From positions 1 through 61,321 of the forward strand of contig CAZAAD010000005.1 in NCBI GenBank assembly GCA_964483295.1: a DNA stretch of 61,321 nucleotides. The letters are read 5' to 3'. Made by a program: the position numbers and the translations under genes. Origin of the DNA: an uncultured Gammaproteobacteria bacterium. Its GTDB lineage: Bacteria; Patescibacteriota; Patescibacteriia; Patescibacteriales; UBA12465. Below the pieces are notes generated by a model, which did no database searches, had not been told where the DNA came from, and saw only the letters and a list, made by a program, of their open reading frames with translations. Each line of letters begins with the position of its first letter. The stretch's first letter is position 1. This document shows, piece by piece, positions 19,425 through 29,206 of the stretch.

Positions 19425-19922
19425 TTAACGTTTTGACCATTGTGGAGCCTTTCTGGCTTTGCGTAAACCTGGTTTCTTTCTTTCTACTTGACGCGGGTCG
19501 CGGGTCAAGAAACCGTTAGCCTTCAAAGCTTCTTTCGCATTCGGATCAACTTCTAAAATTGAACGAGCGATGCCTAATTTAACGGCATCAACTTGACCAG
19601 ATTTACCACCGCCTTTAACAATAACAGAGAAATTATAGTCACGCTGGTGGCCAGTAACTTTCATCGGCTGACCGATAATACTATAGCCTTCGCTTGGGAA
19701 ATAAGCGGCCGCGCGCATACCGTTGACCATAATAACACCCTTGCCATCAACATAAAGACGAACTTGAGCGACGGCCTGTTTGCGGCGACCGACAGCGGCA
19801 ATATATTTACCAGAGAATTCAACGGTCTCATTTTTCGCCCAATCTCTATCCTCATCCATAGTATCAGTTTCGGCGACGACCATCTCTTCGTTTCTTATCA
19901 TTTTTATCTTTTTTTCTGCCAT
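19425..19922 (-). CDS. rpsI: 30S ribosomal protein S9
   Basis: VGRRK, GGGKSGQ, LTRDPRQVERKKPG, QWSKR. Confidence 0.99.
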   Translation of the reverse strand: MAEKKIKMIRNEEMVVAETDTMDEDRDWAKNETVEFSGKYIAAVGRRKQAVAQVRLYVDGKGVIMVNGMRAAAYFPSEGYSIIGQPMKVTGHQRDYNFSVIVKGGGKSGQVDAVKLGIARSILEVDPNAKEALKANGFLTRDPRQVERKKPGLRKARKAPQWSKR

Positions 19923-19923
19923 A

Positions 19924-20280
19924 TTATTTGATGATTAATCTTTTCAGCATGCCAGGACGAAGCTTGGTTGGAGGAAGCATGTCGCGGACAGCCTTCTTCA
20001 AGACCTCACCAGGATTACCAGCAAAAACTTCCGACATCTTCTTAGTCTTAAGACCGCCGATGTAACCGGAAAAATGATAATACTCTTTTTGGTCGAACTT
20101 CTTACCAGTGAATTTCATCTGGCCAGCATTGACGATTTCGACAATATCGCCTAAGTCAAGATGAGCTTGATACTCAGGCTTATTCTTACCGCGCAAGATA
20201 GTAGCAACCTGGGTAGCCAAACGACCAACTGTCTGTCCGGCAGCGTCAATCTGATGCAGTTTTCTTTCGATATTTTTCAT
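19924..20280 (-). CDS. rplM: 50S ribosomal protein L13, short form
   Basis: IDAAGQTVGRLAT, LRGKNKP, SGYIGGLK, AVRDMLP. Confidence 0.96.
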   Translation of the reverse strand: MKNIERKLHQIDAAGQTVGRLATQVATILRGKNKPEYQAHLDLGDIVEIVNAGQMKFTGKKFDQKEYYHFSGYIGGLKTKKMSEVFAGNPGEVLKKAVRDMLPPTKLRPGMLKRLIIK

Positions 20281-20285
20281 ATTGG

Positions 20286-20636
20286 TTATACTAATTCAAT
20301 CTGGACCATCTCTGCCCCGTCGCCCTGACGAGCACCTAATTTAACGACGCGAGTATAGCCACCTGGTCTTTCCTTATAACGGACACCGAGGACTTCGATT
20401 GTTTTCTTAACTGCATTTTCCTGCAATAAGACCTTGATTAGGCCGCGTCTCGCTGCTAAATCACCAGCCTTAGAGGAGGTAATCATTTTCTCTACTAAAG
20501 GACGGACAGCTGCCGCCTTGGCTTTAGTAGTCTTAACCTTTTCGTATAAAAGAATACTGGAAGCTAAGTTTCTAAGCATCAGCTCGCGCGGACCCTTTTC
20601 CCGATCTAGGATTTTATTTTTATTTCTGTGGCGCAT
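20286..20636 (-). CDS. rplQ: 50S ribosomal protein L17
   Basis: MRHR, TTKAKA, RPGGYTR, RQGDGAEM. Confidence 0.98.
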   Translation of the reverse strand: MRHRNKNKILDREKGPRELMLRNLASSILLYEKVKTTKAKAAAVRPLVEKMITSSKAGDLAARRGLIKVLLQENAVKKTIEVLGVRYKERPGGYTRVVKLGARQGDGAEMVQIELV

Positions 20637-20642
20637 AAAACT

Positions 20643-21497
20643 TTATTTCTTGGTTTTCTTAACTTTTTCTTTCTTCTCCTTTTTTTCTTCAACTTCTTCA
20701 ACTTCAGGAGCTACTTCTTCAAGAGCAACTTCTGCTTCTAGCTCAGCTTCAACTACCGGTTCTTCAATTACTTCACTAGCGGTTTGAGCTTCTTCTTCGG
20801 CGCGAGCAATGCCGCCCGGAAGAAGAGCGCTGAATTGATCAACTAAAATTTTAACTGCTTCATTGAAGGCTTCTTCTGGAGAAATAGTGCCATCAGTCTT
20901 AACGTTTAAAATAAGCTTGTCCCAGTTGGTCATTTTACCGACACGGGCGCTCTCAACGTTAATGCTAACAACGGTAACTGGAGAAAAAACAGAATCTATT
21001 TCAATGTAACCGATCTCTTTATTTTCACGCTTGCTGCCCTCGGTCATGCGATAACCGCGACCGGAGCGAACCAAGATTTCAGCATCAAGGCTACCAGCTT
21101 CATTAGTGATATTAGCTAGGACAAGTTCAGGATTCTTAATCTCAACTTGGCTATCCTTCATAATATCAGCGGCGGTAACAACTTTCTTGCCCTTGACCTT
21201 GATATATAAGCGAACTTCTTCTTCGGTAAACATCTTTAAGCGTAATTGCTTGAAGTTCAAGATCATTTCCAAAACATCTTCCTTGATGTGAGGGATGGCC
21301 ATAAACTCATGGCTAGCGCCTTTAATTTTGACGCCAACAACAGCGGCTCCTGGTAAAGAAGATAGGAGAACGCGGCGCAATGAGTTGCCTAAAGTCATGC
21401 CGTAGCCAGGAAACAGCGGTTCAACCGTGATAACCCCCTCATTGGGATTGCCAACTGCGTTAAAAGTGATTTTTTTAGGGTTAGCAATGTTTTGCAT
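20643..21497 (-). CDS. rpoA: RNA polymerase alpha subunit, NTD only plus charged tail
   Basis: EPLFPGYGMTLGNSLRRVLLSSLPG and DSVFSPV; no alpha-CTD. Confidence 0.97.
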   Translation of the reverse strand: MQNIANPKKITFNAVGNPNEGVITVEPLFPGYGMTLGNSLRRVLLSSLPGAAVVGVKIKGASHEFMAIPHIKEDVLEMILNFKQLRLKMFTEEEVRLYIKVKGKKVVTAADIMKDSQVEIKNPELVLANITNEAGSLDAEILVRSGRGYRMTEGSKRENKEIGYIEIDSVFSPVTVVSINVESARVGKMTNWDKLILNVKTDGTISPEEAFNEAVKILVDQFSALLPGGIARAEEEAQTASEVIEEPVVEAELEAEVALEEVAPEVEEVEEKKEKKEKVKKTKK

Positions 21498-21505
21498 ATT
21501 ATTTT

Positions 21506-22132
21506 TTATTTTGAATAATATTCAATAATCATCTGGACGTTGATGCTCTGGGGGAGATCTTCGTCTTTCGGATCGTGAAGAACCTTAGCAACTAAGCCGT
21601 CAGCATTGAAATGCAACCAGCTTGGTCTTTCCGCCTTCAGTAATCTCTCGTTGACATTGCGGAAATATGGGCTCTTTTGACTGCTCTTACGAACCTTGAT
21701 TTCCTGTCCTTCCTTAACCTGGAAAGATGGGATATCGGCCTTACGATCATTAACGACGAAGTGGCCATGGTTAACTAATTGTCTAGCCTGGGCGCGAGAA
21801 TTCGCAAAACCAAGGCGGAAGACAACGTTATCCAAACGAGATTCAAGAGCTTTTAAGAAGTTCTTACCGGCATTGCCCTGCTTCTTAGCAGCCTTTTCAA
21901 AAGTAAGGCGAAATTGCTTTTCGGCAACACCGTAATACTTCTTCGCCTTCTGCTTTTCTGCAAGCTGAGTACCGAAGTCGCTCAATCGCTTACGAGGCTT
22001 ATTGCCTTGGGCGCCAGGAGCATAGTTGCGCTTTACCATCGCACACTTCGGGGAAAAACAACGCTCTCCTTTTAAGAAAAGCTTTTCACCGATACGACGA
22101 CATTGCTTACATTTGTTATCAATATTTCTCAT
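21506..22132 (-). CDS. rpsD: 30S ribosomal protein S4
   Basis: CKQCRR, QLAEKQK, LESRLDNVVFRLG, ARQLVNHGH. Confidence 0.99.
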   Translation of the reverse strand: MRNIDNKCKQCRRIGEKLFLKGERCFSPKCAMVKRNYAPGAQGNKPRKRLSDFGTQLAEKQKAKKYYGVAEKQFRLTFEKAAKKQGNAGKNFLKALESRLDNVVFRLGFANSRAQARQLVNHGHFVVNDRKADIPSFQVKEGQEIKVRKSSQKSPYFRNVNERLLKAERPSWLHFNADGLVAKVLHDPKDEDLPQSINVQMIIEYYSK

Positions 22133-22153
22133 ATACGTTTATATCTTATTAGC

Positions 22154-22750
22154 TTAGACCCTTCTTGGTTTCTTCGGACGGCAACCATTATGAGGAACTG
22201 GGGTCGTATCTTTAATAGAAGCAACTTCTAAGCCATTGGCGTTTAAAGCGCGGATAGCGGCTTCGCGGCCAGTACCAACACCAGAAACGAAAACGTTAAC
22301 TTCTTGAAGTCCGTATTCTTCTTTAGCTTTTTGAGTAGCAATCTTAGTAATGATTTGAGCGGCGTAAGGAGTGGCTTTTTTGGCACCCTTGAAACCGGCT
22401 AAACCAGCGGAAGCCCAGGAAATAACATCACCATTGTTATCAGTTAAGGTAATCATGGTGTTATTATAGGTCGCTTGGATATAAGCACGTCCAACTTTAA
22501 CTACTTTCGCAGTTTTTTTCTTTTTCTTCTTGACGAGCTTTTTCTTAGCACGAGCGGCCTTATTTTTTTCCAGCTTCTGCTTGATTTCTTCCGGTAACTC
22601 CTCATCAGAAGAATCAAAAGAGAAAGCAGCGAGTTCATCGCGCTCTTCCTTTTCTTCTCCTTTAGCTGCCTTTTCTTCGGCAACAGGAGCGGCGGCAGCC
22701 AATACGGCTTCCTCCTTAACGGCTAAATCTTTGTTTTCTTTGTCAGACAT
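22154..22750 (-). CDS. rpsK: 30S ribosomal protein S11 with long N-terminal extension
   Basis: [26 protein letters not shown]. Confidence 0.97.
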   Translation of the reverse strand: MSDKENKDLAVKEEAVLAAAAPVAEEKAAKGEEKEERDELAAFSFDSSDEELPEEIKQKLEKNKAARAKKKLVKKKKKKTAKVVKVGRAYIQATYNNTMITLTDNNGDVISWASAGLAGFKGAKKATPYAAQIITKIATQKAKEEYGLQEVNVFVSGVGTGREAAIRALNANGLEVASIKDTTPVPHNGCRPKKPRRV

Positions 22751-22777
22751 ATTTTGAAAACTTCGTGTGTGTTAGGA

Positions 22778-23173
22778 TTAGGTCTTCTGTAGGCCGGCCT
22801 TGCTCTTGCCGCTACCCATAGTCACGCGCTTGTTACCGCGAACGGTACGGCTATTGGTCTTTGTTCTTTGACCTCTAACCGGCAAGTGCTTAATGTGGCG
22901 TAAGCCTCGGAAACAACCAATTTCTTTTAAGCGCTTGATATTGCTCTGAACCTCGCGGCGCAGATCGCCTTCAACCGTAAATTGTTTTTCAATCATTTCT
23001 CTGAGGCGGTTGACGTCTTCTTCTTTCAAATCCTTGACACGGATGTCACGATCAACCTTGGCGGTCTCTAAAATCTTATTAGACCTAGTACGGCCAATAC
23101 CGTAAATATAGGTCAAAGCGATTTCAACTCTTTTGTCATTAGGGATATTAACCCCGGCTATTCTTACTGCCAT
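22778..23173 (-). CDS. rpsM: 30S ribosomal protein S13
   Basis: [24 protein letters not shown]. Confidence 0.99.
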   Translation of the reverse strand: MAVRIAGVNIPNDKRVEIALTYIYGIGRTRSNKILETAKVDRDIRVKDLKEEDVNRLREMIEKQFTVEGDLRREVQSNIKRLKEIGCFRGLRHIKHLPVRGQRTKTNSRTVRGNKRVTMGSGKSKAGLQKT

Positions 23174-23188
23174 AAAAAAATAAAATTA

Positions 23189-23302
23189 CTACCCTTGCCT
23201 CTGCTTGTGCTTGGGGTTTTTGCAAATAACGTGGACCCGACCTTTACGTCTCACTACTTTGCAATCCTTACAAATTTTCTTAGCGCTAGCTCTCACTTTC
23301 AT
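23189..23302 (-). CDS. rpmJ: 50S ribosomal protein L36 (not in the ORF track)
   Basis: Manual translation [37 protein letters not shown]. Confidence 0.97.
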   Translation of the reverse strand: MKVRASAKKICKDCKVVRRKGRVHVICKNPKHKQRQG

Positions 23303-23408
23303 AGTATTTACGATATTCGTGTTTGCTGTAATTTAACTGCGAGGTTATTTAAAGCAATTCTTCATGATTTAGATGTCCGCTTCTCTGCAGACTTGGCTTT
23401 TTCCACTA

Positions 23409-23654
23409 TTACATACGGTAGGTTATGCGTCCCTTAGTTAAATCATAGGGACTGATTTGCAGCTTAACTTTGTCGCCTGGAAGGAGGCGGATGCGATTCA
23501 TCCTCATCTTGCCAGACAAATGCGCCAAGATTTCGTGGCCATTTTCCAGGGCAACCCGGAAACTAGCAGCAGGCATCAGCTCTAAAACTTCTCCCTGCAT
23601 TTCGATGAAATCCTTAGCATTCAAGCTGTCAGAATTCTCATTGTTGTGACCCAT
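23409..23654 (-). CDS. infA: Translation initiation factor IF-1
   Basis: [21 protein letters not shown] and [13 protein letters not shown]; start at MGHNN preferred over 23693. Confidence 0.96.
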   Translation of the reverse strand: MGHNNENSDSLNAKDFIEMQGEVLELMPAASFRVALENGHEILAHLSGKMRMNRIRLLPGDKVKLQISPYDLTKGRITYRM

Positions 23655-23760
23655 TTGTTTTAATCTTAACAAAAAAAAGTTTGATAAAGACAAGACTGCC
23701 TTATCAAAGTTCTTTCAAGAATTTTTTTCGCTTATTTAATTCAATATTCTTAATAAAAAC

Positions 23761-23789
23761 ATTATAGAGAGAAGATTGAAAGTTGTCAA
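23761..23789 (-). promoter_or_regulatory. Perfect-consensus sigma70 promoter of the infA-alpha operon
   Basis: TTGACA(23789-23784)-17 bp-TATAAT(23766-23761). Confidence 0.85.
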
Positions 23790-23819
23790 TAGATAATGTT
23801 GGCGAGTGTATAAATTTCT

Positions 23820-25640
23820 CTATTTATCTAAAATCGCCTTGATTCTCCGGACGCCAGCGCTTGACGACTCCTCTTTCTGTATCTTAAATTTACCTAATAT
23901 TCCAGTATTTTCTACATGAGGGCCGCCACAAATTTCTTGTGAAAAAGCCTGGGCTAGGTCGGGCTGACCAATAGCTGACTGGGGGGCGGCGGTATAAACC
24001 TTAACCTTTTCCCCATACTTAGAATCAAAGACGCCCATCGCGCCGCGCGCCTTAGCTTCCTCTAAAGAAAGCTCTTCGCAGGCAACCGGCAAATTAGCAG
24101 CAATCGCTCCATTAACTAATTCTTCAACTTTTACAATCTGTTCTGGCGTCATTTTTTCGGCGTGAGAAAAATCAAAGCGCAAACGCTCCGGTGTAATATT
24201 GCTTCCCTTTTGCACAACGTGGTCTCCCAAAACTTGGCGCAAGGCAGCTAGTAATAAATGAGCGGCTGTATGCAAGCGAGTTGTATCCTCACTAGCATCA
24301 GCTAAACCACCTTTAAATTTTCCGGCCGAAGCAGTCCGGGATAAGTCTTGATGCTTTTTTAATTCTTCTTCAAAAACAACTCTATCAACCTTAATTCCCT
24401 TTTCCGCTGCTAGCTCCTCAGTTATTTCTAAAGGAAAGCCATAACTCTGGTAAAGATTGAAAGCGTCATGACCACTAATATCTTTACTAGCTAACTTATT
24501 AAACTCAATAATCCCTTTTTCTAAAGTCCGACTAAACTTCTCTTCTTCTTTATCAAGATTTTCTAAAATAAAATTTTGATTCTGAGTAAGTTCATTATAA
24601 ATATCTTGATAATCACTAATAACTTGCTGAGCAATTTCTTTGGTCCACAAAGTTTGGGTAATACCGAGCTGGCGGCCGTAACGAATCGCACGACGAATCA
24701 GGCGGCGCAAAACATAGCCTTGGTCAGTATTAGACGGGGTTATTCCCTTGTGGTCGCCGATAATAAAAGTTGCTGCTTTTAAATGATCAACAATAATGCG
24801 CATCGCTTTATCAGTTTCCGCCTCAACTCCATAGGAACAACTGCTTAATTTTTCCACTTTAGTAATCAGCTGGGCGAAAAGCTCAGAACGATAATTGTCA
24901 TCAAATCCATTCATAATCGCCAAAACTCTTTCCAGGCCTAAACCAGTATCCACGTTTTGCTGAGCAAGCGGTTCGTATTTTCCAGCTTCATTCTTATTAT
25001 ATTGCATGAATACATTGTTCCAGATTTCTACCCAAGAATCATGATCATCATTAAAACTAACTGGCGCCGCTACTGCATTATCTGACCAATAAAAAATTTC
25101 TGTGTCTGGACCGCAAGGACCAGTGACGCCCGCTGGACCCCACCAATTATTTTTCTTCGGCAGCTTGGCAATGCGGCTAATCGGCAAACCATTGGCCTCA
25201 AATATTTCCTGCCAAAAACCATAGGCTTCGGCATCATAAGGAGCATCCTCATCGCCCTCAAAAACAGAAACGGCAATACGATTCTTATCCAAACCAAGCC
25301 AAGCGGGCGAAGTTAAAAACTCCCAACTAAAAGCGATAGATTCTTTTTTAAAATAATCCCCCAAAGACCAATTACCCATCATTTCAAAAAAAGTATGATG
25401 CGTCCTGTCTCCAACCTCATCAATATCGCCGGTTCTAATACACTTTTGCGCATCAACCAGACGCACCCCGGCTGGATGTTTTTCGCCAAGCAAATACGGC
25501 ACAAGCGGATGCATGCCGGCGGTAGTAAATAAAACCGAAGGGTCATTCTCCGGAATCAAGCTAGCACTGGAAATAATCGCATGCCCTTGGCTCTGAAAAA
25601 AATCTAAATATTTTTGACGTAACTTATTAGCGGTAATCAT
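23820..25640 (-). CDS. alaS: Alanine--tRNA ligase, short form lacking C-Ala
   Basis: LFTTAGM, FFEMMGN, DTGLGLER; editing motifs HTAAH and CGGPH; start at MITANK preferred over 25658. Confidence 0.96.
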   Translation of the reverse strand: MITANKLRQKYLDFFQSQGHAIISSASLIPENDPSVLFTTAGMHPLVPYLLGEKHPAGVRLVDAQKCIRTGDIDEVGDRTHHTFFEMMGNWSLGDYFKKESIAFSWEFLTSPAWLGLDKNRIAVSVFEGDEDAPYDAEAYGFWQEIFEANGLPISRIAKLPKKNNWWGPAGVTGPCGPDTEIFYWSDNAVAAPVSFNDDHDSWVEIWNNVFMQYNKNEAGKYEPLAQQNVDTGLGLERVLAIMNGFDDNYRSELFAQLITKVEKLSSCSYGVEAETDKAMRIIVDHLKAATFIIGDHKGITPSNTDQGYVLRRLIRRAIRYGRQLGITQTLWTKEIAQQVISDYQDIYNELTQNQNFILENLDKEEEKFSRTLEKGIIEFNKLASKDISGHDAFNLYQSYGFPLEITEELAAEKGIKVDRVVFEEELKKHQDLSRTASAGKFKGGLADASEDTTRLHTAAHLLLAALRQVLGDHVVQKGSNITPERLRFDFSHAEKMTPEQIVKVEELVNGAIAANLPVACEELSLEEAKARGAMGVFDSKYGEKVKVYTAAPQSAIGQPDLAQAFSQEICGGPHVENTGILGKFKIQKEESSSAGVRRIKAILDK

Positions 25641-25668
25641 ATATTTAAACTGACTCATTATAATTCTT

Positions 25669-26685
25669 CTATATTATATTAACTTCCTCGCTTAAATCAA
25701 GGCCGAATTTTTTCTTAACGCCCGCCTTAACTTTAGCCACTAATTCCAGAATCTGCTTAGCGCTACCGCCCTTATTAACTAAAATAAGCGCCTGTTTTTC
25801 ATACATACTGACACGGCCAAATTTCTTCCCCTTAAACCCCGCTTGCTCAATCAGCCAGCCGGCCGGAATCTTAATTTTACGGCCGCTCCCAGGAAAAGAT
25901 GGTATCGCCGGATATTTTTTCTGTAGCACCTTAAATGTCGCCGCGCTTACTTCCGGATTTTTAAAGAAAGAGCCAGCGTTGGGCAAAAGATAGGGATTAG
26001 GTAACTTACTATTTCTAATTTCTTCAATTGTTTTAATAACTTCACGTAAAGCAGGTTTCTTAATGCCTTTAGTGAGTAGAGTTTCTCGAATAGAGCCATA
26101 GTCTAATTTCAATTCTGGCTTACGTGATAAATTAACAACCACGGAATAAATAAAATATTTTCCTTTCAGACGATTCTTAAATACACTATCGCGGTAACCG
26201 AAACGACAATCGCGTGCCGAAAAAATTCTCTCAACCCCAGTTTTTAAATGAATTGCTTTAAGGTGATGAAAAGAATCTTTAAGTTCGACGCCATAAGCAC
26301 CAATGTTCTGCACTGGCGCGGCACCGACCGTACCATAAATTAAAAATAGATTTTCTAAGCCGTAGAGTTTATTCTCAACGGTAAAATTTACAAACTTAGT
26401 CCAAGATTCACCCGACAAACCCTCAACTAAAGCCTTGTCCTTATTTTTCTCCATTATTCTCATCCCCTTAATTTCGTTCTTAATAACTAAACCCGGAACT
26501 GGCCCAGAGATAAGTAAATTTGAACCACCACCAAGAACGGTAATCGGTAATTTCTGAGAACGGGCAAAGCTAATCGCCTCAAGCAATTCCTCGCGGTTAT
26601 TAACTATCACAAAATACTCGGCGCGACCGCCGACTTTAAGGGTGGTAAAATCTTTTAAGTTTTTATTTTTTTCGATGTTTAGCAT
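25669..26685 (-). CDS. murB: UDP-N-acetylmuramate dehydrogenase
   Basis: LGGGSN, GAAPVQNIGAYG, FGYRDS, PNAGSFFKNP; start at MLNIEK. Confidence 0.96.
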   Translation of the reverse strand: MLNIEKNKNLKDFTTLKVGGRAEYFVIVNNREELLEAISFARSQKLPITVLGGGSNLLISGPVPGLVIKNEIKGMRIMEKNKDKALVEGLSGESWTKFVNFTVENKLYGLENLFLIYGTVGAAPVQNIGAYGVELKDSFHHLKAIHLKTGVERIFSARDCRFGYRDSVFKNRLKGKYFIYSVVVNLSRKPELKLDYGSIRETLLTKGIKKPALREVIKTIEEIRNSKLPNPYLLPNAGSFFKNPEVSAATFKVLQKKYPAIPSFPGSGRKIKIPAGWLIEQAGFKGKKFGRVSMYEKQALILVNKGGSAKQILELVAKVKAGVKKKFGLDLSEEVNII

Positions 26686-28081
26686 AGAGTAGTCCTTGAC
26701 CGACGCGAAACACATCACCGGCCCCCATCAGTAGAATAATATCTCCCGCTTTAACAGTGGTCCGCAAGTATTTAATCGCCGCTTCAATATCTTTCACATT
26801 AGAAACTTGCTGCTGCCTTTTGGCTTGCTGATTAACTTTAGTAATGGCTTTAACAAGCTGCAAACTAGAAACGCCTCCCTGTTTTTCGCGCGCGGAACCA
26901 TAAATATCTAAAATAACTAATTCCTCAGTTTCTGCAAAGCTCTGCGCGAAGTCAGAAAATAAGGCCTTAGTTCTGGTAAAAGTATGGGGATGGAAAATAA
27001 CTCGTAAGCGTCTTTTCGGATAACGCGCTTTAACACCGGCAATCGTCGCTTTAATTTCTGTCGGGTGATGAGCATAATCATCAATAATCGTGGATCCCCG
27101 ATAATTACCTAAAAACTCCGCCCGCCTTTCGGTGCCAGTAAAACCAAAAAGGTGTTCTTTGATTTTTTTTAGCGGCACACCAAGTTCGCGCGCTGCCGCC
27201 ACGACGGCTAGAGCATTAAAAATATTGTGCTTACCCCAAAGGCGAATCTTAAACTCTCCCAAGTTATTAATTGCAAAAATTTGATTACCGCCTTTAAGTT
27301 TTAAACTATGCGCAAGATAATTTACCGTCTCTTCAGAATAAAATTCATCAGCGATATCATATTTAGCAATCCGACCGCGGCAATATTTGGCAATCCGGCG
27401 ACTATCAGTATCGCGATTATTCATCACCAAAAAGCCGCTCTTAGGAATCTTCTTTAAAAAATCAGCAAAAACTTTAACATAATCGGCTTCGGTGGGAAAA
27501 AAATCAGGATGATCATAGTCAATATTATTTAATACGACCCCATCCGGCTGAAAATACTGAAGTTTATTTTGATATTCATCTGTTTCAGCGACAAAAATAT
27601 CGGAGCGCCCACTTAAACTACTACCCTTGAATTGTGGTACGCGCGAGCCAACTAAAACATTTGGTCGTTTGGCTGCTTTCCACAAAACATAACCAAGCCA
27701 AGCAGAAACAGTGGTCTTACCATGACTACCACAAACAGCAATTCCCCTTTTCGCACTAAACTCTTGCCCGAGCGCTTCAGCATACGATAGCATCTCCGGA
27801 CGTTTAGTCACCGGCAACTTAGCTAGGGCCGCTAACTCCGGATTATTCTTAGCATTAAAAGCGCTAGAATAGATAACTAAATCAGTTTCTTGAGGCAGAT
27901 TACTAGCTGAAAAAGGAGAGAAAACCTTAATTCCTGTATCGGCTAAAACCTTATCAGTTAAAAAAGATTCAGAAACATCGGAACCACTAATTTTATGTCC
28001 TCCCTGGCAAGACAAAAACTGCGCCAGCATTGTCATGCCTACGCCTTTAATGCCTATCATGTAGATATTTTTTCCCGCCAT
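26663..28081 (-). CDS. murC: UDP-N-acetylmuramate--L-alanine ligase
   Basis: IGIKGVGM, GSHGKTT, DDYAHHPTEI, FHPHTFTRT. Confidence 0.96.
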   Translation of the reverse strand: MAGKNIYMIGIKGVGMTMLAQFLSCQGGHKISGSDVSESFLTDKVLADTGIKVFSPFSASNLPQETDLVIYSSAFNAKNNPELAALAKLPVTKRPEMLSYAEALGQEFSAKRGIAVCGSHGKTTVSAWLGYVLWKAAKRPNVLVGSRVPQFKGSSLSGRSDIFVAETDEYQNKLQYFQPDGVVLNNIDYDHPDFFPTEADYVKVFADFLKKIPKSGFLVMNNRDTDSRRIAKYCRGRIAKYDIADEFYSEETVNYLAHSLKLKGGNQIFAINNLGEFKIRLWGKHNIFNALAVVAAARELGVPLKKIKEHLFGFTGTERRAEFLGNYRGSTIIDDYAHHPTEIKATIAGVKARYPKRRLRVIFHPHTFTRTKALFSDFAQSFAETEELVILDIYGSAREKQGGVSSLQLVKAITKVNQQAKRQQQVSNVKDIEAAIKYLRTTVKAGDIILLMGAGDVFRVGQGLLYAKHRKK

Positions 28082-28084
28082 AGA

Positions 28085-29206
28085 CTATTTAAGAATTTCT
28101 AAAATAAAACTGGCCATAATCTGCGCACCGTCTTTTTTCATAAAACGGCCAATGTTCCGCGACAACTCTTCGCGACGAATCGGGTCATGTAAAACTTGTA
28201 AAACTATTTCACTAAATTTAGCCGCATCAATTTCCTTTTGTTTTAAAACGACCGCCGCTTTCGCTTGCGCAAACACAATCGCGTTATCTTCTTGGTGTGA
28301 ATCAGGCATCGGAATTAAAATAGCCGGCTTAGCTAAAGCGCTTAATTCCGTTAAGGTTGCTAGTCCACAACGAGAAACTACTAAGTCAGCAGCTGTCATT
28401 AAATTAAAAACCTCGTCGCTACCTAATAATTCCGCTAAGTGATAATCGGGATAATTTTTCAATCTCTCCTGTTCTTGAACCGAAGGCAACTTACCCTTGC
28501 CAGTCAAATGCATAATCTGAGCCGAGGCGGATAACTTAGCGACTGACTGAAAAACTAATTCGTTAATCGCCACCGAACCAGTACCGCCACCCGTAATTAA
28601 AAGAAAAGGCTTAGTTGGACAAAGTCCGCAAGCAGCTTTATATGAACTACTGGAATTTACACTTTCATCCGGCTCATTAAACGGATTACCAATCCAAACT
28701 GCCTCCGGCCCGTAATCGCGTAAAGATTTTTCAAAGACAACCGTTATTAATCTAGCAAACGGCGCCATTAAACGATTCGCTAACCCGGGACGAACATCCT
28801 GCTGATGAACAACAACTGGCACGCGGCAAATATAAGCTGCCCAGCATAAAGGCACACTGACAAAACTGCCGGCACCAACGACCACGCCCGGCCTTTCCTG
28901 TCTAATTAAATTAAGAGAAATAAAAAAAGCAGCAAAAATTTTAAAAATGTCTAAAAAATTCTGCCAGGCAAAATAGCGGCGCAATTTACCAGCCGGTAAA
29001 GATAAAAAATCTAATTTATGATTAGGAAAACTGCAGGCAGCCACTAATTCCCTTTCTGGGCCCCGATTGCCACCAACAAATACTAAGCGTAAATCAGGGT
29101 CTTCCAGCCAAAGCTTGCGCGCCACAGCCAAAAGCGGCGTGACTGAACCGCCAGTCCCGCCACCACTTAAAATTATGGTTTTTTGGCGCTTTTTAACGCT
29201 TGGCAT
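28085..29206 (-). CDS. murG: Undecaprenyl-PP-MurNAc-pentapeptide GlcNAc transferase
   Basis: GGGTGGS, HQQD, GNP, GGGTGS, HQEDNA. Confidence 0.95.
   Translation of the reverse strand: MPSVKKRQKTIILSGGGTGGSVTPLLAVARKLWLEDPDLRLVFVGGNRGPERELVAACSFPNHKLDFLSLPAGKLRRYFAWQNFLDIFKIFAAFFISLNLIRQERPGVVVGAGSFVSVPLCWAAYICRVPVVVHQQDVRPGLANRLMAPFARLITVVFEKSLRDYGPEAVWIGNPFNEPDESVNSSSSYKAACGLCPTKPFLLITGGGTGSVAINELVFQSVAKLSASAQIMHLTGKGKLPSVQEQERLKNYPDYHLAELLGSDEVFNLMTAADLVVSRCGLATLTELSALAKPAILIPMPDSHQEDNAIVFAQAKAAVVLKQKEIDAAKFSEIVLQVLHDPIRREELSRNIGRFMKKDGAQIMASFILEILK

Noticed and set aside
247-22757. Many 60-135 aa plus-strand and alternate-frame ORFs over ribosomal and factor genes
   Set aside because: Shadow ORFs fully overlapping well-supported conserved genes, with no recognisable motifs
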